From an uncultured delta proteobacterium (GTDB lineage: Bacteria; Desulfobacterota; Syntrophia; Syntrophales; UBA5619): a stretch of DNA of 64,000 bases. The position numbers and the translations under genes are program-made. Location of the stretch: the NCBI GenBank assembly GCA_963817385.1, contig CAWFOM010000027.1, forward strand, positions 29,962 through 93,961. The letters are read 5' to 3'. The notes beneath the pieces are model-generated. The model was given only the letters and a program-made list of their open reading frames with translations. It did no database searches and had not been told where the DNA came from. Below are positions 51,016 to 61,036 of this stretch, piece after piece. The stretch's first letter is position 1. Each line of letters starts with the position of its first letter.

Positions 51016-52086
51016 ATGAGCGAGACCGACGAACGGACAATTCCGATTGCCGAAGCTGATCTAAGCGATTTTTGCAGAGAGGTTTTGAAGAAGCTCGATC
51101 TGCCGGCAAACGAGGCGGCGCTTGTGGCCGACTGCATCGTGGAGGCTGACCTGCGCGGGGTCCATTCCCACGGAATGATCCGGTTGCCGGTCTATGTACG
51201 CCGCCTGCAGTCAGGGGTCTTCAATCCGCGTCCGGATATCCGCGTCGTCCGTGAGACGAGGACCACGGCCGTCGTTGACGGCGACAACGGCATGGGTCAG
51301 TTGGTAAGCCTCCGGGCCATGGAGCTTGCCATCGAGAAGGCCAAAGACGGGGATTGCGTGTGGGTTTCGGTGGGCAACAGCAACCACAACGGGACCGAAG
51401 CCTATTTCGCCCAGATGGCGGTCGCGCATGACATGATCGGCTTCTGCTTTTCGGTGGGAGGGATCAACCATATGACCCCCTGGGGCGGCGCGGAGGCGAT
51501 GCTGGGAAACAATCCCTTTGCCATTGCCATCCCCGCCGGTGACGAGCTTCCGGTGGTTCTGGATATGGCCTGCAGTGTGGCCGCACGCGGCAAAGTGAAC
51601 GTCGCCGCCGCGCGCGGAGAGTCGATTCCCGAGGGGTGGTGCACAGATGCGCAGGGGCGCCCCACCACAGATCCGAGCGAGGCGCTTAAGGGCTTTGTGC
51701 TTCCGATCGCAGGACCAAAAGGGTATGCGCTTACCACCGTTATCGGCATGCTGAGCACAATGCTTTCGGGGGGCGCCTTCGGAACCGACGTGACCCACCT
51801 CTACGACGATTTTGAGCGGCCGCAGAATATCGGCCACCTGCTCGGGGTTCTGCCGGTAGGCTCTTTCGTCGATCCTGCCGAGTTCAAGCGGCGCATGGAC
51901 AAAGGCATCCGGGAGATCAAAGGGGTCAAGAAGGCCCCGGGGGTAACCGAAATCTTCCTGCCGGGGGAACGCGAGCACAGGACCCTGCTCGAACGCCGGA
52001 AAACCGGAATTCCGCTGGCAGTCGGCACAGTCTCTGAGTTGCGGGAGCTGAGCGAAGAATTCGGCGTTCCACTCCGACTGAAATAA
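51016..52086 (+). CDS. Ldh_2 family oxidoreductase (malate/L-sulfolactate/ureidoglycolate dehydrogenase-like)
   Basis: ADLRGVHSHG, DGDNGMG, GNNPFA, LDMACS, GPKGYAL, PGERE. Confidence 0.9.
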   Translation: MSETDERTIPIAEADLSDFCREVLKKLDLPANEAALVADCIVEADLRGVHSHGMIRLPVYVRRLQSGVFNPRPDIRVVRETRTTAVVDGDNGMGQLVSLRAMELAIEKAKDGDCVWVSVGNSNHNGTEAYFAQMAVAHDMIGFCFSVGGINHMTPWGGAEAMLGNNPFAIAIPAGDELPVVLDMACSVAARGKVNVAAARGESIPEGWCTDAQGRPTTDPSEALKGFVLPIAGPKGYALTTVIGMLSTMLSGGAFGTDVTHLYDDFERPQNIGHLLGVLPVGSFVDPAEFKRRMDKGIREIKGVKKAPGVTEIFLPGEREHRTLLERRKTGIPLAVGTVSELRELSEEFGVPLRLK

Positions 52087-52119
52087 ATCGGTTAAAGATA
52101 AGTTCCTATTCAATATTAA

Positions 52120-53178
52120 ATGAGATTTTCAAGTATCCAGACCCTGCGGGCGCTCGCCATTCTGTTCGTTGTCCTGACTCATCTCACCTTGATCGAGACT
52201 AAGTTTGGGAATGGTCCCGCCGTATTGCCTGCTTTTCTGGGCCGAGGGCTAGGCGGTATCGATTTCTTCTTTATCATCAGCGGCCTGATGATGGTCACCA
52301 TAAGCCGCGGAAAGTTTCATTCAGGAAAGCAAGCCGTTTCCTTCATCTATAACCGTCTGGTTCGCATTTACCCCCTGTACTGGATATACAGCACTGTGGC
52401 CCTCGCGGCCTTTTTAATCCATCCCGTCTGGTGGGGGACCAACGCCCCGGGAAACTGGGGCGACCTGCTGGTCTCATTCCTGCTGTTGCCTAGCCGCCTG
52501 CTCCCGCTACTCAACGTGGCCTGGATGCTGACTCATCTGATTTATTTCTATTTTATCTTTGCCCTTTTTCTCTGGATATTGAAGGAGGAGCGGCTGCCGG
52601 CGGGCCTAACCCTTTGGGGTTTGCTGGTGCTGGCAGGTCAAGTCTATTTTCGTTTCGGCACCATCCCTAGTCCCACACTTGCCTTGCTGTTGCATCCCTA
52701 CACCTTGGAGTTTATTACCGGATGTTTTTTAGGGATTTTTTTTCACCGCCACGGTGACCGCCGAGGCCTGATTTACCTGACGGGGGGGATAATCCTTTAT
52801 GGGGGCGCTTTGTTCCTGTTGAACCTGTTTCCTCCCCAGGGCGTCATCACTGGCTGGAATCGAGTTTTACATTTTGCTCCCCCGGCTGCTTTGATCCTTT
52901 ATGGAGCGATAACTTTGGAAAGGCAGGGACGGCTATCTCTTCCGCCGGGGTTCAACCGACTGGGCGACGCTTCCTACTCGATCTATCTTTCCCACGTTCT
53001 GGTACTGTCGGCAGCCGGCAGCCTCTGGACCCTTTTCCCCACACCCGCTTCGTTTCACCATGGATGGATCTTGACGGCGATGGTCGGTGGGGTAATTTTT
53101 TTCGGCTGGCTAAGTTTTCGCTACCTTGAATCCCCTTTACTAATAAAATTTCGGGATTGGGGGAAAACGACTTACTGA
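52120..53178 (+). CDS. acyltransferase family 3 (ExoZ/OafA-like)
   Basis: SIQTLRALA, DFFFIISG, RLVRIYPLYW, LGDASYSIYLSH. Confidence 0.88.
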   Translation: MRFSSIQTLRALAILFVVLTHLTLIETKFGNGPAVLPAFLGRGLGGIDFFFIISGLMMVTISRGKFHSGKQAVSFIYNRLVRIYPLYWIYSTVALAAFLIHPVWWGTNAPGNWGDLLVSFLLLPSRLLPLLNVAWMLTHLIYFYFIFALFLWILKEERLPAGLTLWGLLVLAGQVYFRFGTIPSPTLALLLHPYTLEFITGCFLGIFFHRHGDRRGLIYLTGGIILYGGALFLLNLFPPQGVITGWNRVLHFAPPAALILYGAITLERQGRLSLPPGFNRLGDASYSIYLSHVLVLSAAGSLWTLFPTPASFHHGWILTAMVGGVIFFGWLSFRYLESPLLIKFRDWGKTTY

Positions 53179-53193
53179 CCCCATTTTTGCATG

Positions 53194-53247
53194 CAGGGTC
53201 TGGTGGGGTGTACGCCTGTCCGGGTTCAAATCACGGCTTCGGTACCA
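53194..53247 (+). repeat. degenerate attR-like copy of the tRNA-Leu 3' half
   Basis: CAGGGTCTGGTGGGGTGTACGCCTGTCCGGGTTCAAATCACGGCTTCGGTACCA versus 30475-30527: 3 substitutions and 1 insertion. Confidence 0.9.
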
Positions 53248-53459
53248 TAAGGAAAACAGGTGGTTAGATGAGAAACTGGTTAACCCTCTGCTCGTTTGAA
53301 AGGTGCTTCATGGTGTTGCACTATTTTGATCGTCATTTTTTTTCTTACATTAGAGTAATGAAAAGTGATAATGAATGTTAATATTTTTAACACTTAATGT
53401 CTTCTTAATTAAGTGATTTTTTTAGCTTTAAAAAGGGACAATAAAATCTTAACGATGGA

Positions 53460-53611
53460 GTGTAAATAATTTGAACACTTTTCACGACAGTCAGTTTATC
53501 CGAATATCTCAATAAGCTTTTGCTTAGATGTATAAATATTTAATAATATTGAATATATTTAGTGCTGGCCGACTATTGTTCAGATTTATTGTGATGGGCA
53601 TAGTTAATGCT
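53460..53611 (+). promoter_or_regulatory. putative enhancer palindrome and sigma-54 promoter
   Basis: GTGTAAATAATTTGAACAC at 53460-53478; GGCATAGTTAATGCT (GG-N10-GC) at 53597-53611. Confidence 0.65.
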
Positions 53612-53657
53612 ATGATAATAGGCAAAGAAAAAATACAAATGGGAGGAGGAAATGATT

Positions 53658-53972
53658 ATGAAACTTACATTTCTAATTATCATCATTCTGTTGGCCTTGA
53701 TGATTCCTTTTTTGTGGATTACAGGGGTGTTGACATCTATCATTTATTTCTATCGACATAGGGCAGGTACAACCCGCGAAGAGCGGACTGTCGCTCTTAA
53801 TCCCCAACTGGGACTCACCATGGCTGATGGTGGTGATCCGATGGATGAAGAGAAAAAAGAGTCAGAAGCGGTTAAGCAGGTCAGCATGACCGAAGCGCCG
53901 CTGGGCTCTCCTGAGCAGATTACACTGAGACCTGTCGGCGGCAAAATGTTTTGGTGGGGGGGATATTACTAG
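53658..53972 (+). CDS. membrane micro-protein with LGLTMADGG motif (paralog 1)
   Basis: Hydrophobic N-terminus then ALNPQLGLTMADGGDP; strong SD GGAGGAGG; two paralogs at 63.2-63.7 kb. Confidence 0.75.
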   Translation: MKLTFLIIIILLALMIPFLWITGVLTSIIYFYRHRAGTTREERTVALNPQLGLTMADGGDPMDEEKKESEAVKQVSMTEAPLGSPEQITLRPVGGKMFWWGGYY

Positions 53973-54174
53973 CCGCCCTCCGGGGTTTGCGATTGACGAT
54001 GGCGACAATTCGATTAAGTGAATATATCCTTTCCGGATTGAGGTTGAAATTTAACCTTGATTTTTATTTGCCAAGTTTTGAGCATTCAGATGAATTATAA
54101 GCCGGCAGACGGTGTTTGGAATACTGCCAACATCGTCGGAACAGGAAACATCAATAAAATAAAAGGATAACATA

Positions 54175-54774
54175 ATGGAATATTTAACATATGCGGATGT
54201 CTCTGTGGCAAACCGTATCGAGTATCTGATGGCAATAGGTGTTAAGGTATATTACCATCAGGGTCATAGTTGGGCAATTCCGGAGAGTGGCAATGTGGTA
54301 AGAGTTGGGATTGATGATTTTGCGCAAAAGCTGGTGGGAAAGATCGATGCCATAAAATGTCCGCCGGTCGGTTCCGAGGTAACACAGGGAGAAAAGGCAT
54401 GGACCCTGCTCGTGAACTCAAAATCCATCGACATGCTTTCACCTTTGGACGGTAAAATAGTGGACATCAATGAGTGTCTGTTGAGTTCACCGGAAAGAAT
54501 CAGTAAAGATCCATATGGCCAGTCTTGGCTGATGAAAGTTCAAGCGCCAAAACTCTCGGCCAATCTAAAGAAGTTATTGTATGGCGGGACTGCGAAGAAA
54601 TGGATGGAAGAAGTAAGTGAAAATCTGCTTTCACGGGCAAATTATAACATTGGCCCGGTATCCCAAGATGGTGGTGCTCTGGTCAATGGGATCGCAAGAA
54701 ATTTAGATCGGGAAAGATGGGATGAGATAGTGAGGGAGTTCTTTCTGATCCCCCTGGTACCCTCTTCCCTATAA
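54175..54774 (+). CDS. GcvH-like protein lacking the lipoylation motif and the TM anchor
   Basis: YYHQGHSWA, VRVGIDDFAQKLVG, SPLDG, DPYGQSWL; no ESVKA; paralog of 60317-61008. Confidence 0.8.
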   Translation: MEYLTYADVSVANRIEYLMAIGVKVYYHQGHSWAIPESGNVVRVGIDDFAQKLVGKIDAIKCPPVGSEVTQGEKAWTLLVNSKSIDMLSPLDGKIVDINECLLSSPERISKDPYGQSWLMKVQAPKLSANLKKLLYGGTAKKWMEEVSENLLSRANYNIGPVSQDGGALVNGIARNLDRERWDEIVREFFLIPLVPSSL

Positions 54775-54836
54775 GCACCTCTTTTGCCAACATATTGCAA
54801 ACCTGTTTCCCTGCCTGAAAATCCCGGCTTGACTTA

Positions 54837-54875
54837 ATGATGGGGGTTTAGAGTGGTACTCTAAACCCCCATCAT
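54837..54875. repeat. perfect 18-bp inverted repeat
   Basis: ATGATGGGGGTTTAGAGT-ggt-ACTCTAAACCCCCATCAT, upstream of the kinase gene. Confidence 0.8.
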
Positions 54876-54933
54876 CGTTATACCGATCAAGAATTTTGTT
54901 GCAATAGTCCCGCAGGGGGTGATAGAAAAAGCC

Positions 54934-56589
54934 ATGAGATATCCACGGATATTTAATAAAATTGTTAATGTTACCAATTCTCTCGGCGTTAAGTTCTTCG
55001 TTTTGCTTGTTGTCTTACTGGTACTTTCTTTTGGAATTATCACCTATGTCAACATCTATTTCTTTACCTCCCTGTTTAGGGAGGATATCGTCAGCAATGC
55101 CGTCCAGGTAAGTAATCTCATCAAACGGGCGACGTATCAAAGTATGCTGGAAAATCGCCGGGACGATTTAACCAATACGATACTGCACCTCGGGAAGGAG
55201 GAAGTGTTTGAAGGGATACGGATCTATAACAAAATAGGAGTGATTGCCTTTTCCGACAAGCTTGAAGAGCGGGGTCAGGTTGCGGATAAACGGGCGGAAC
55301 AGTGTTATGTGTGTCATGCGGAAGAGCCGGCAAAGGGGGTTGTCCCCACCGAAGACCGAACCCGGACATTGAAATCCCCTGCCGGATACCGCATTTTGGG
55401 TCTCATCAACCCGATTGAGAACGAGCCGGCATGTTATAATGCATCGTGTCACGCCCATTCTCCCCAAGAGAAATTGCTGGGCATTCTGGATGTTAAACTC
55501 TCCTTGGAGAAGGGAGACCTGAGAATTGCCGAGACCAGAAACAAGATGATTCTCTACTCCGCTTTGCTGATATTAATCACTGCACTGGTGAAGGGGGGGT
55601 CCATCCGGAAAATGATCCACAACCCCATAAAAAAGCTGAACACTGCCACTCAGGAAGTGGCTAATCTCAATCTTGACCATAAGGTTGACATAAATTCCCG
55701 GGATGAACTGGGCGATTTGGCTTATTCTTTCAACAAAATGACCTATCACCTGAAAGAGGCAAACGAAGCCATCCAAGACTGGTCTTCTCAGTTGGAGAAC
55801 AGGGTGAAGGAGAAAACCGGGGAACTTGAGAAAACTCAGTCCCAACTGATCATGGCAGAAAAGATGGCCGCCATGGGGGAGCTATCGGCGATGGTGGCCC
55901 ATGAAATCAACAACCCCCTTTCCGGGATTCTTTCCTATGCAAAAGTCTCATCCAGATATCTGAGCCGGGGGGATATCGATTCCGAGATTTTGGAATCGGT
56001 TAAAAAAAATCTTACCTTCATCAGCACCGAAACGAAACGGTGTGGTAATATCGTCAAAAATTTGCTGCTCTTTGCAAGAAAGACCTCAGGGGACATTAAA
56101 GAAGAACACGTCAATTCCATCATTGATAACAGCATTGAAGTCATTGACCACAGTGTGAAAATGAAGGAGCTGGCATTGATCAAGGAACTTGATCCGGGAA
56201 ATGACGTAATCGAGTGCGATGCCAACGGAATCCAGCAGATTTTAGTTGCGCTGGTCATTAATTCTATCGAGGCGGTTCCCCGTGGTGGAAAAATAACGAT
56301 TAAAACCGACTACCAGAGAGAGAAAGACCGGATTCGGATCATGGTGATGGACACCGGCAAGGGAATCCCCGACGATGTCCTCCCCCATATCTTTGAACCA
56401 TTCTTCTCCACGAAAGCGAAAAGCACGGGGCTTGGCTTATCCGTAGTTTACGGCATTGTAGAACAACACGCCGGCGTCATCGACGTAGAATCGAAAGTAA
56501 ATGAGGGCACTACTTTTACTATTGTCCTTCCCCGGGTATCACCCAAAAAAAATAGTCAAAGCAAAATGACACTCTCAAACCTGATTTGA
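54934..56589 (+). CDS. HAMP sensor histidine kinase with periplasmic haem-c motifs
   Basis: CYVCH and CYNASCH between two TMs, HAMP (SRDELG), AHEINNPL, STGLGL. Confidence 0.9.
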   Translation: MRYPRIFNKIVNVTNSLGVKFFVLLVVLLVLSFGIITYVNIYFFTSLFREDIVSNAVQVSNLIKRATYQSMLENRRDDLTNTILHLGKEEVFEGIRIYNKIGVIAFSDKLEERGQVADKRAEQCYVCHAEEPAKGVVPTEDRTRTLKSPAGYRILGLINPIENEPACYNASCHAHSPQEKLLGILDVKLSLEKGDLRIAETRNKMILYSALLILITALVKGGSIRKMIHNPIKKLNTATQEVANLNLDHKVDINSRDELGDLAYSFNKMTYHLKEANEAIQDWSSQLENRVKEKTGELEKTQSQLIMAEKMAAMGELSAMVAHEINNPLSGILSYAKVSSRYLSRGDIDSEILESVKKNLTFISTETKRCGNIVKNLLLFARKTSGDIKEEHVNSIIDNSIEVIDHSVKMKELALIKELDPGNDVIECDANGIQQILVALVINSIEAVPRGGKITIKTDYQREKDRIRIMVMDTGKGIPDDVLPHIFEPFFSTKAKSTGLGLSVVYGIVEQHAGVIDVESKVNEGTTFTIVLPRVSPKKNSQSKMTLSNLI

Positions 56590-56735
56590 TGAAACACGCA
56601 TGATTTACCTGGAATCACTAATAATGATGAAGCATCACCTCTCGCCCGGATAGTCAAGAGGGAGATAGGGATTCTTCAACTCCATACAGTCGGCAAAAGA
56701 TGATAGATATGCATTCCCGCGAAAGGAGATAACCT

Positions 56736-58079
56736 GTGAAACCGGAAGAGATAGGAATACTGATCGTTGACGATGAAGCCTCGGTGAGGGATTCTCTGTA
56801 CCAATGGTTCAAGGCCGATGGTTATCGGGTAGACACCGCTGATGAAGCCACCAGCGCCTTGAAGAAGCTTCAGGAGAATCCATGGGATATTATCCTGCTG
56901 GACATCAAGATGCCGGGAATGGATGGCATAGAACTTCAGAATCGCATTAAGCAGATTGATAAGACTATCGTTACCATTATCATTACTGCCTATGCCTCTG
57001 TGGATACCGCTATTCAAGCGCTGAAGGACGGGGCTTTTGACTACGTTACCAAGCCGATCGATCCTGATGACTTGAGCAGACTGATCAGGAACGCCATAGA
57101 GAAAAGAAGGCTTGTTACGGAAAACACTCAACTTCGCCAACAGATTGAAGAACTTCTGCTTCCTGATGAGGTGGTGGGAGAGAGTCCTGCCATGAAAAAA
57201 GTGATGGAGATGGTCAATACGGTCGCCAAAACCGATTCTACCGTGATGATTTTGGGGGAAAGCGGAACCGGAAAAGAGCTCATTGCCCGGGCGATTCACA
57301 GCCGGAGTTCACGCAGATATTTCCCCATTATTACCATAAACTGCGGCGCTTACCCGGAGGGCCTGCTTGAAAGTGAACTCTTCGGTCATGAAAAGGGTTC
57401 CTTTACCGGAGCCATGTACCAAAGAAAAGGTAAGTTGGAGATGGCCGATAAGGGAACTCTCTTCTTGGACGAGATCGGAAATATCAGTGAGAAGATGCAG
57501 ATGGATCTCCTTCGCGTCATTGAAACCAAGAAGTTTACCCGGCTGGGTGGCGATAAGACCATCGATGTCGATTTCCGTGTTATCTCTGCAACCAACAAGG
57601 ACCTGGAAAAAGCGATAAAAGATGAAAACTTCCGGGAAGATCTCTATTACCGGTTGAATGTATTTTCCATAGTTTTGCCTCCTCTGCGAGAAAGGAAGGG
57701 AGATATTCCTTTGATAGCCAAGTATTTTTTAACAAAATACGCCCAATCGATGAATAAACATATAACCGATTTCTCCCCGCAGGCCCTGGAGATGTTCACA
57801 GCATACGATTGGCCGGGAAATATTCGGGAAGTGAGAAATGTTGTGGAACGGGCGATGGTCGTTGCCAAAGGAACCCAGATTCAGGTGGATGATCTCTCGT
57901 TTCCCTTTCTGACGCCATCGATCCCCTCGGAAGGGGAATCTCTTGAGGAGGTGGAAAAAAGACAGATCGAGAAAGTCTTGAATCAGACGAAGGGGAATAT
58001 CGCGCAGGCGGCCGATATCCTGAAGATCAGCCGGCTCACCATCTACAATAAAATTGAAAAGTATCATCTCAAACGATAA
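56736..58079 (+). CDS. sigma-54-dependent response regulator (NtrC/AtoC family)
   Basis: Receiver domain, GESGTGKE, GSFTGA, WPGNIRE, Fis HTH. Confidence 0.92.
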   Translation: MKPEEIGILIVDDEASVRDSLYQWFKADGYRVDTADEATSALKKLQENPWDIILLDIKMPGMDGIELQNRIKQIDKTIVTIIITAYASVDTAIQALKDGAFDYVTKPIDPDDLSRLIRNAIEKRRLVTENTQLRQQIEELLLPDEVVGESPAMKKVMEMVNTVAKTDSTVMILGESGTGKELIARAIHSRSSRRYFPIITINCGAYPEGLLESELFGHEKGSFTGAMYQRKGKLEMADKGTLFLDEIGNISEKMQMDLLRVIETKKFTRLGGDKTIDVDFRVISATNKDLEKAIKDENFREDLYYRLNVFSIVLPPLRERKGDIPLIAKYFLTKYAQSMNKHITDFSPQALEMFTAYDWPGNIREVRNVVERAMVVAKGTQIQVDDLSFPFLTPSIPSEGESLEEVEKRQIEKVLNQTKGNIAQAADILKISRLTIYNKIEKYHLKR

Positions 58080-58097
58080 TCGTAACAAACAACATAC

Positions 58098-58682
58098 GTG
58101 ATGTCTTATATTTACGTTGTCCCCATCGAACTGGACGATCATGCTTCCCTGGAAAAACTGGAGAGCTGCATCTTCGAAACGTTTCATCAGACAATCAAAA
58201 GAAGCGTGTTTGCGGTCAACTTACAGGAGACGTTCGATCCGAATCGGGTTCAATACAACTCCTCTCTCATCCTCCGGCAGTTGATCGCGAACCCTCCCCG
58301 GGATGCGGGAAAGATCTTGGGCGTTGTGGATGTGGATCTTTTTATCCCCATTCTGACGTTTGTCTTTGGCGAGGCCCAGCTTCAGGGAATCGGATCAGTC
58401 GTTTCCACCCACCGTCTTCACAATCGCTTCTATGGTTTACCGGACAACCGGGAGGTAACGACCGATCGCCTGTTGAAGGAGGCGGTGCATGAGCTGGGAC
58501 ATACCTTCGGGCTGATCCACTGTTCACAACAGAAATGCGTCATGAACGCTTCCACCTATGTGGAGAATATCGATCAGAAACCGGCCGAATTCTGTCCCGT
58601 GTGTCAAAAAGGGATACCGGGGAACAGCAGTTCGGCCGTCAACAAAGGGTTCCCGTTTTCCTGGTGGGGTAAGAGCAGATAG
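58098..58682 (+). CDS. archaemetzincin (M54) Zn metalloprotease
   Basis: FVFGEA, HELGHTFGLIHC...CVM...FCPVC. Confidence 0.88.
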   Translation: MMSYIYVVPIELDDHASLEKLESCIFETFHQTIKRSVFAVNLQETFDPNRVQYNSSLILRQLIANPPRDAGKILGVVDVDLFIPILTFVFGEAQLQGIGSVVSTHRLHNRFYGLPDNREVTTDRLLKEAVHELGHTFGLIHCSQQKCVMNASTYVENIDQKPAEFCPVCQKGIPGNSSSAVNKGFPFSWWGKSR

Positions 58683-58763
58683 TCTGCTCGGGCTTCCCGT
58701 TTTCAGTGCGTGAGGGAAGAAGTGCAAGGCGATTGGCGGGACGTCTATTTCGTGCCATCCGGA

Positions 58764-60291
58764 CTATCTATGTTGGATTCTCCCCTTGGTGTTTACCCGC
58801 GTACTATCTCCCGCTTTCGGCAATAAAACGCTGAAGGTCGTCCCCTTGCCCTGCTCGCTTTCCACGGATATAGAACCGAGATGATCATCAACTATACTCT
58901 TGACGATGGCCAGACCGAGGCCGGTTCCCGCGATATGGCGGGTCTCTGGTGATTTTATCCGGTAGAATTTGTCAAAAATGCGGGGGATGTCTTCTTTCTT
59001 TATGCCTATACCAGTATCGACTACGGAAACCTTCACAAAGTTGCCGTGTTCTTCGAGGGAGATCGTTCTTCTCCCCCGCGGTGCCGTATTTGATGGCATT
59101 GGAAATGAGATTGGTAAATACGCTTTCCATGCCGTTGCGGTCGGCGTGAATGAACGAAAGCGCGGGGGGATGCAGAAACTCGATGTGGATATTTTTCTGA
59201 TCAGCGTCGGTTTTCAGCACTTCTACAACACGGGGGATTACCTCGGCAAGAGACAACGACTCCCGATACTGGACCATTTTCCCTGCCTCGGACTTCGAAA
59301 GATCCAGCAGATCCTTTATCAAAAGCAGGATACCCTGTGTCCTCTCTTTGGCGCGAACGATAAGCTGTTTCTGGGTTTCATTGAGTTCACCGGTCATATT
59401 GCCTAAGATGACTGATAATTGTTGCACCACCGTGGCAACGGGGGCACGCAATTCGTGGGCAACCATGGCGACGAATTCAGACGTTACCTTGTCTTGCTCT
59501 CTCAGGGGAGAATCTTTTTGTCTGCTAATGACGAAATCCAATATTCGAGTTCTCTGTTGGGGATTCATGAGTGCGAGCATATCTTCCAAGGAGCCCACCG
59601 CGACCCCGCCATCCTGCATGGTGGCGCCCACTTCTCGGAGGTTGGTTCTCAGCAAAGAGTCTGACTGGGAGATGATTTCCCGTTCCTCCCCTTGATACCA
59701 GGAGATCGCTTTTCTTCCAAAAAGAAGATTCTTGAGGTCACCTTCAAGATGATCCGGTTTTATCGTGATCAGCCACCCAGCGCCTCTCGGATCAGCGGTT
59801 ACGAGTTCCGGTTCCTTTTTCAATCGGTGATTCACCGTCTGAACTACTCCGGAAAGAGGGGAGATCACGGGCAAGATATGATCGTCCTCGATGATATGGG
59901 CACAGCAGTCACCCTGGGCGGTAACGCTTCCCACTTCCGGCAGGATGACAACCTTAACCCCCGTGATGAGACGACTTACCAGATCATCGATTCCTATCCT
60001 CGCTTCTTCGCACGTTTCCACCTTCACCCAGCAGTGATCAGAGTGATAGAAGACGGATCCATTGATCCGCGCGGGAGGGTCAGCAGGGTAAGATCCCTCC
60101 GTCCAATTGCCATCCACTCCCTGTGCAATACCGTCCTGGTGTTTGATAGCCTGGTCGAAGTGACACTGCTCACACAGATAGTTTCTATCGCACAGTTTGT
60201 AGGATATTAATCCGGTTGTCATCCAGATGCATTTCCGTTCTTCCTCGGGGATCAACGGATAATGGTTACTCTTTTCTTTCCTGGTAGCCAT
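58764..60291 (-). CDS. Cys-cluster / GcvH-like / histidine kinase fusion protein (frameshift near 59065)
   Basis: CIWM..CDRNYLCEQC, GcvH-like HCWVK..GIDD..SPLSG..GWL, AHELRAP H-box, NLISNAIKY; HATPase G-boxes continue in ORF 58764-59099. Confidence 0.8.
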
Positions 60292-60316
60292 CGTCCTGCT
60301 CACTTTATCCTGTGCA

Positions 60317-61008
60317 TTAGGTGCTCAGGAGAAATTCCTTCACTATCTCGTCCCATCGTTCCCGATCCAAGTTTCTCGCTATCCCGTCAACCGGCACACC
60401 ACCGTCCTGGGAGACCGCCCCCAGGTTGTAATTCATCCGAGCGAGTAGGTTTTCCCGTACCTCTTCCATCCACTTCCGGGCGAGCCCACCCGACAACAGG
60501 TTCTTGAGGTTCGCTGAGATCTTCGGCGCCTGAACCTTCATCAGCCAGGACTGACCGTACGGATCTTTGCTCACACTCTCCGGTGAGCTCAGTAGATTCT
60601 CATTGATGGCAACGACTTTCCCATCCACCGGGGAGAGCATGTCGATGGATTTTCCCCCCGCAAGGAGGCTCCAGCCCTTTTCTCCCTGGGAGACCTCGAG
60701 CCGACCTGAGGGAACTGTATGGCGTCGATTCGCCCCACCAGTTTCTGGGCAAAGTCGTCGATCCCGACCTTTACCAGGTCGCCTTCAGGCATTGCCCAGC
60801 TATGCCCCTGGTGGTAATAGATCTTCTCCTCCGGGAGATGAAACCAACTGCTGATCGCCGGGATGATACCCTCGGCGGCCTCGTAGATCGCCGCGGCCGG
60901 TCTGCTTACCATCCTCCAGAAGGGGATGAAAAGGAGAAGGGCACTGATGACCAGCAGATATTCAATCCCCTTGGTTGCAAAGATATCGACATACGTGAAG
61001 CCTTCCAT
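60317..61008 (-). CDS. membrane-anchored GcvH-like protein (frameshift near 60699)
   Basis: DIFATKGIEYLLVI TM anchor, YYHQGHSWA, VGIDDFAQK; restoring one base joins ORFs 60589-61008 and 60317-60640. Confidence 0.8.
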
Positions 61009-61036
61009 AGTTTGTCTCCTTTTTATTCAGTGGTTT

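Larger units (their letters stand above)
30528..53247. mobile_element. genomic (defence) island integrated at tRNA-Leu, about 22.7 kb, no integrase visible
   Basis: Flanked by the tRNA 3' half (30475-30527) and a degenerate direct repeat (53194-53247); AT-richer cargo, an IS and defence genes. Confidence 0.85.

Noticed and set aside
53194..53247. Second tRNA gene
   Set aside because: Only the 3' half is present, with T-arm and acceptor mismatches; it is an att repeat.
54175..61008. Glycine cleavage system
   Set aside because: No gcvP, gcvT or lpd in the window, and the H-like domains lack the ESVKA lipoylation motif.
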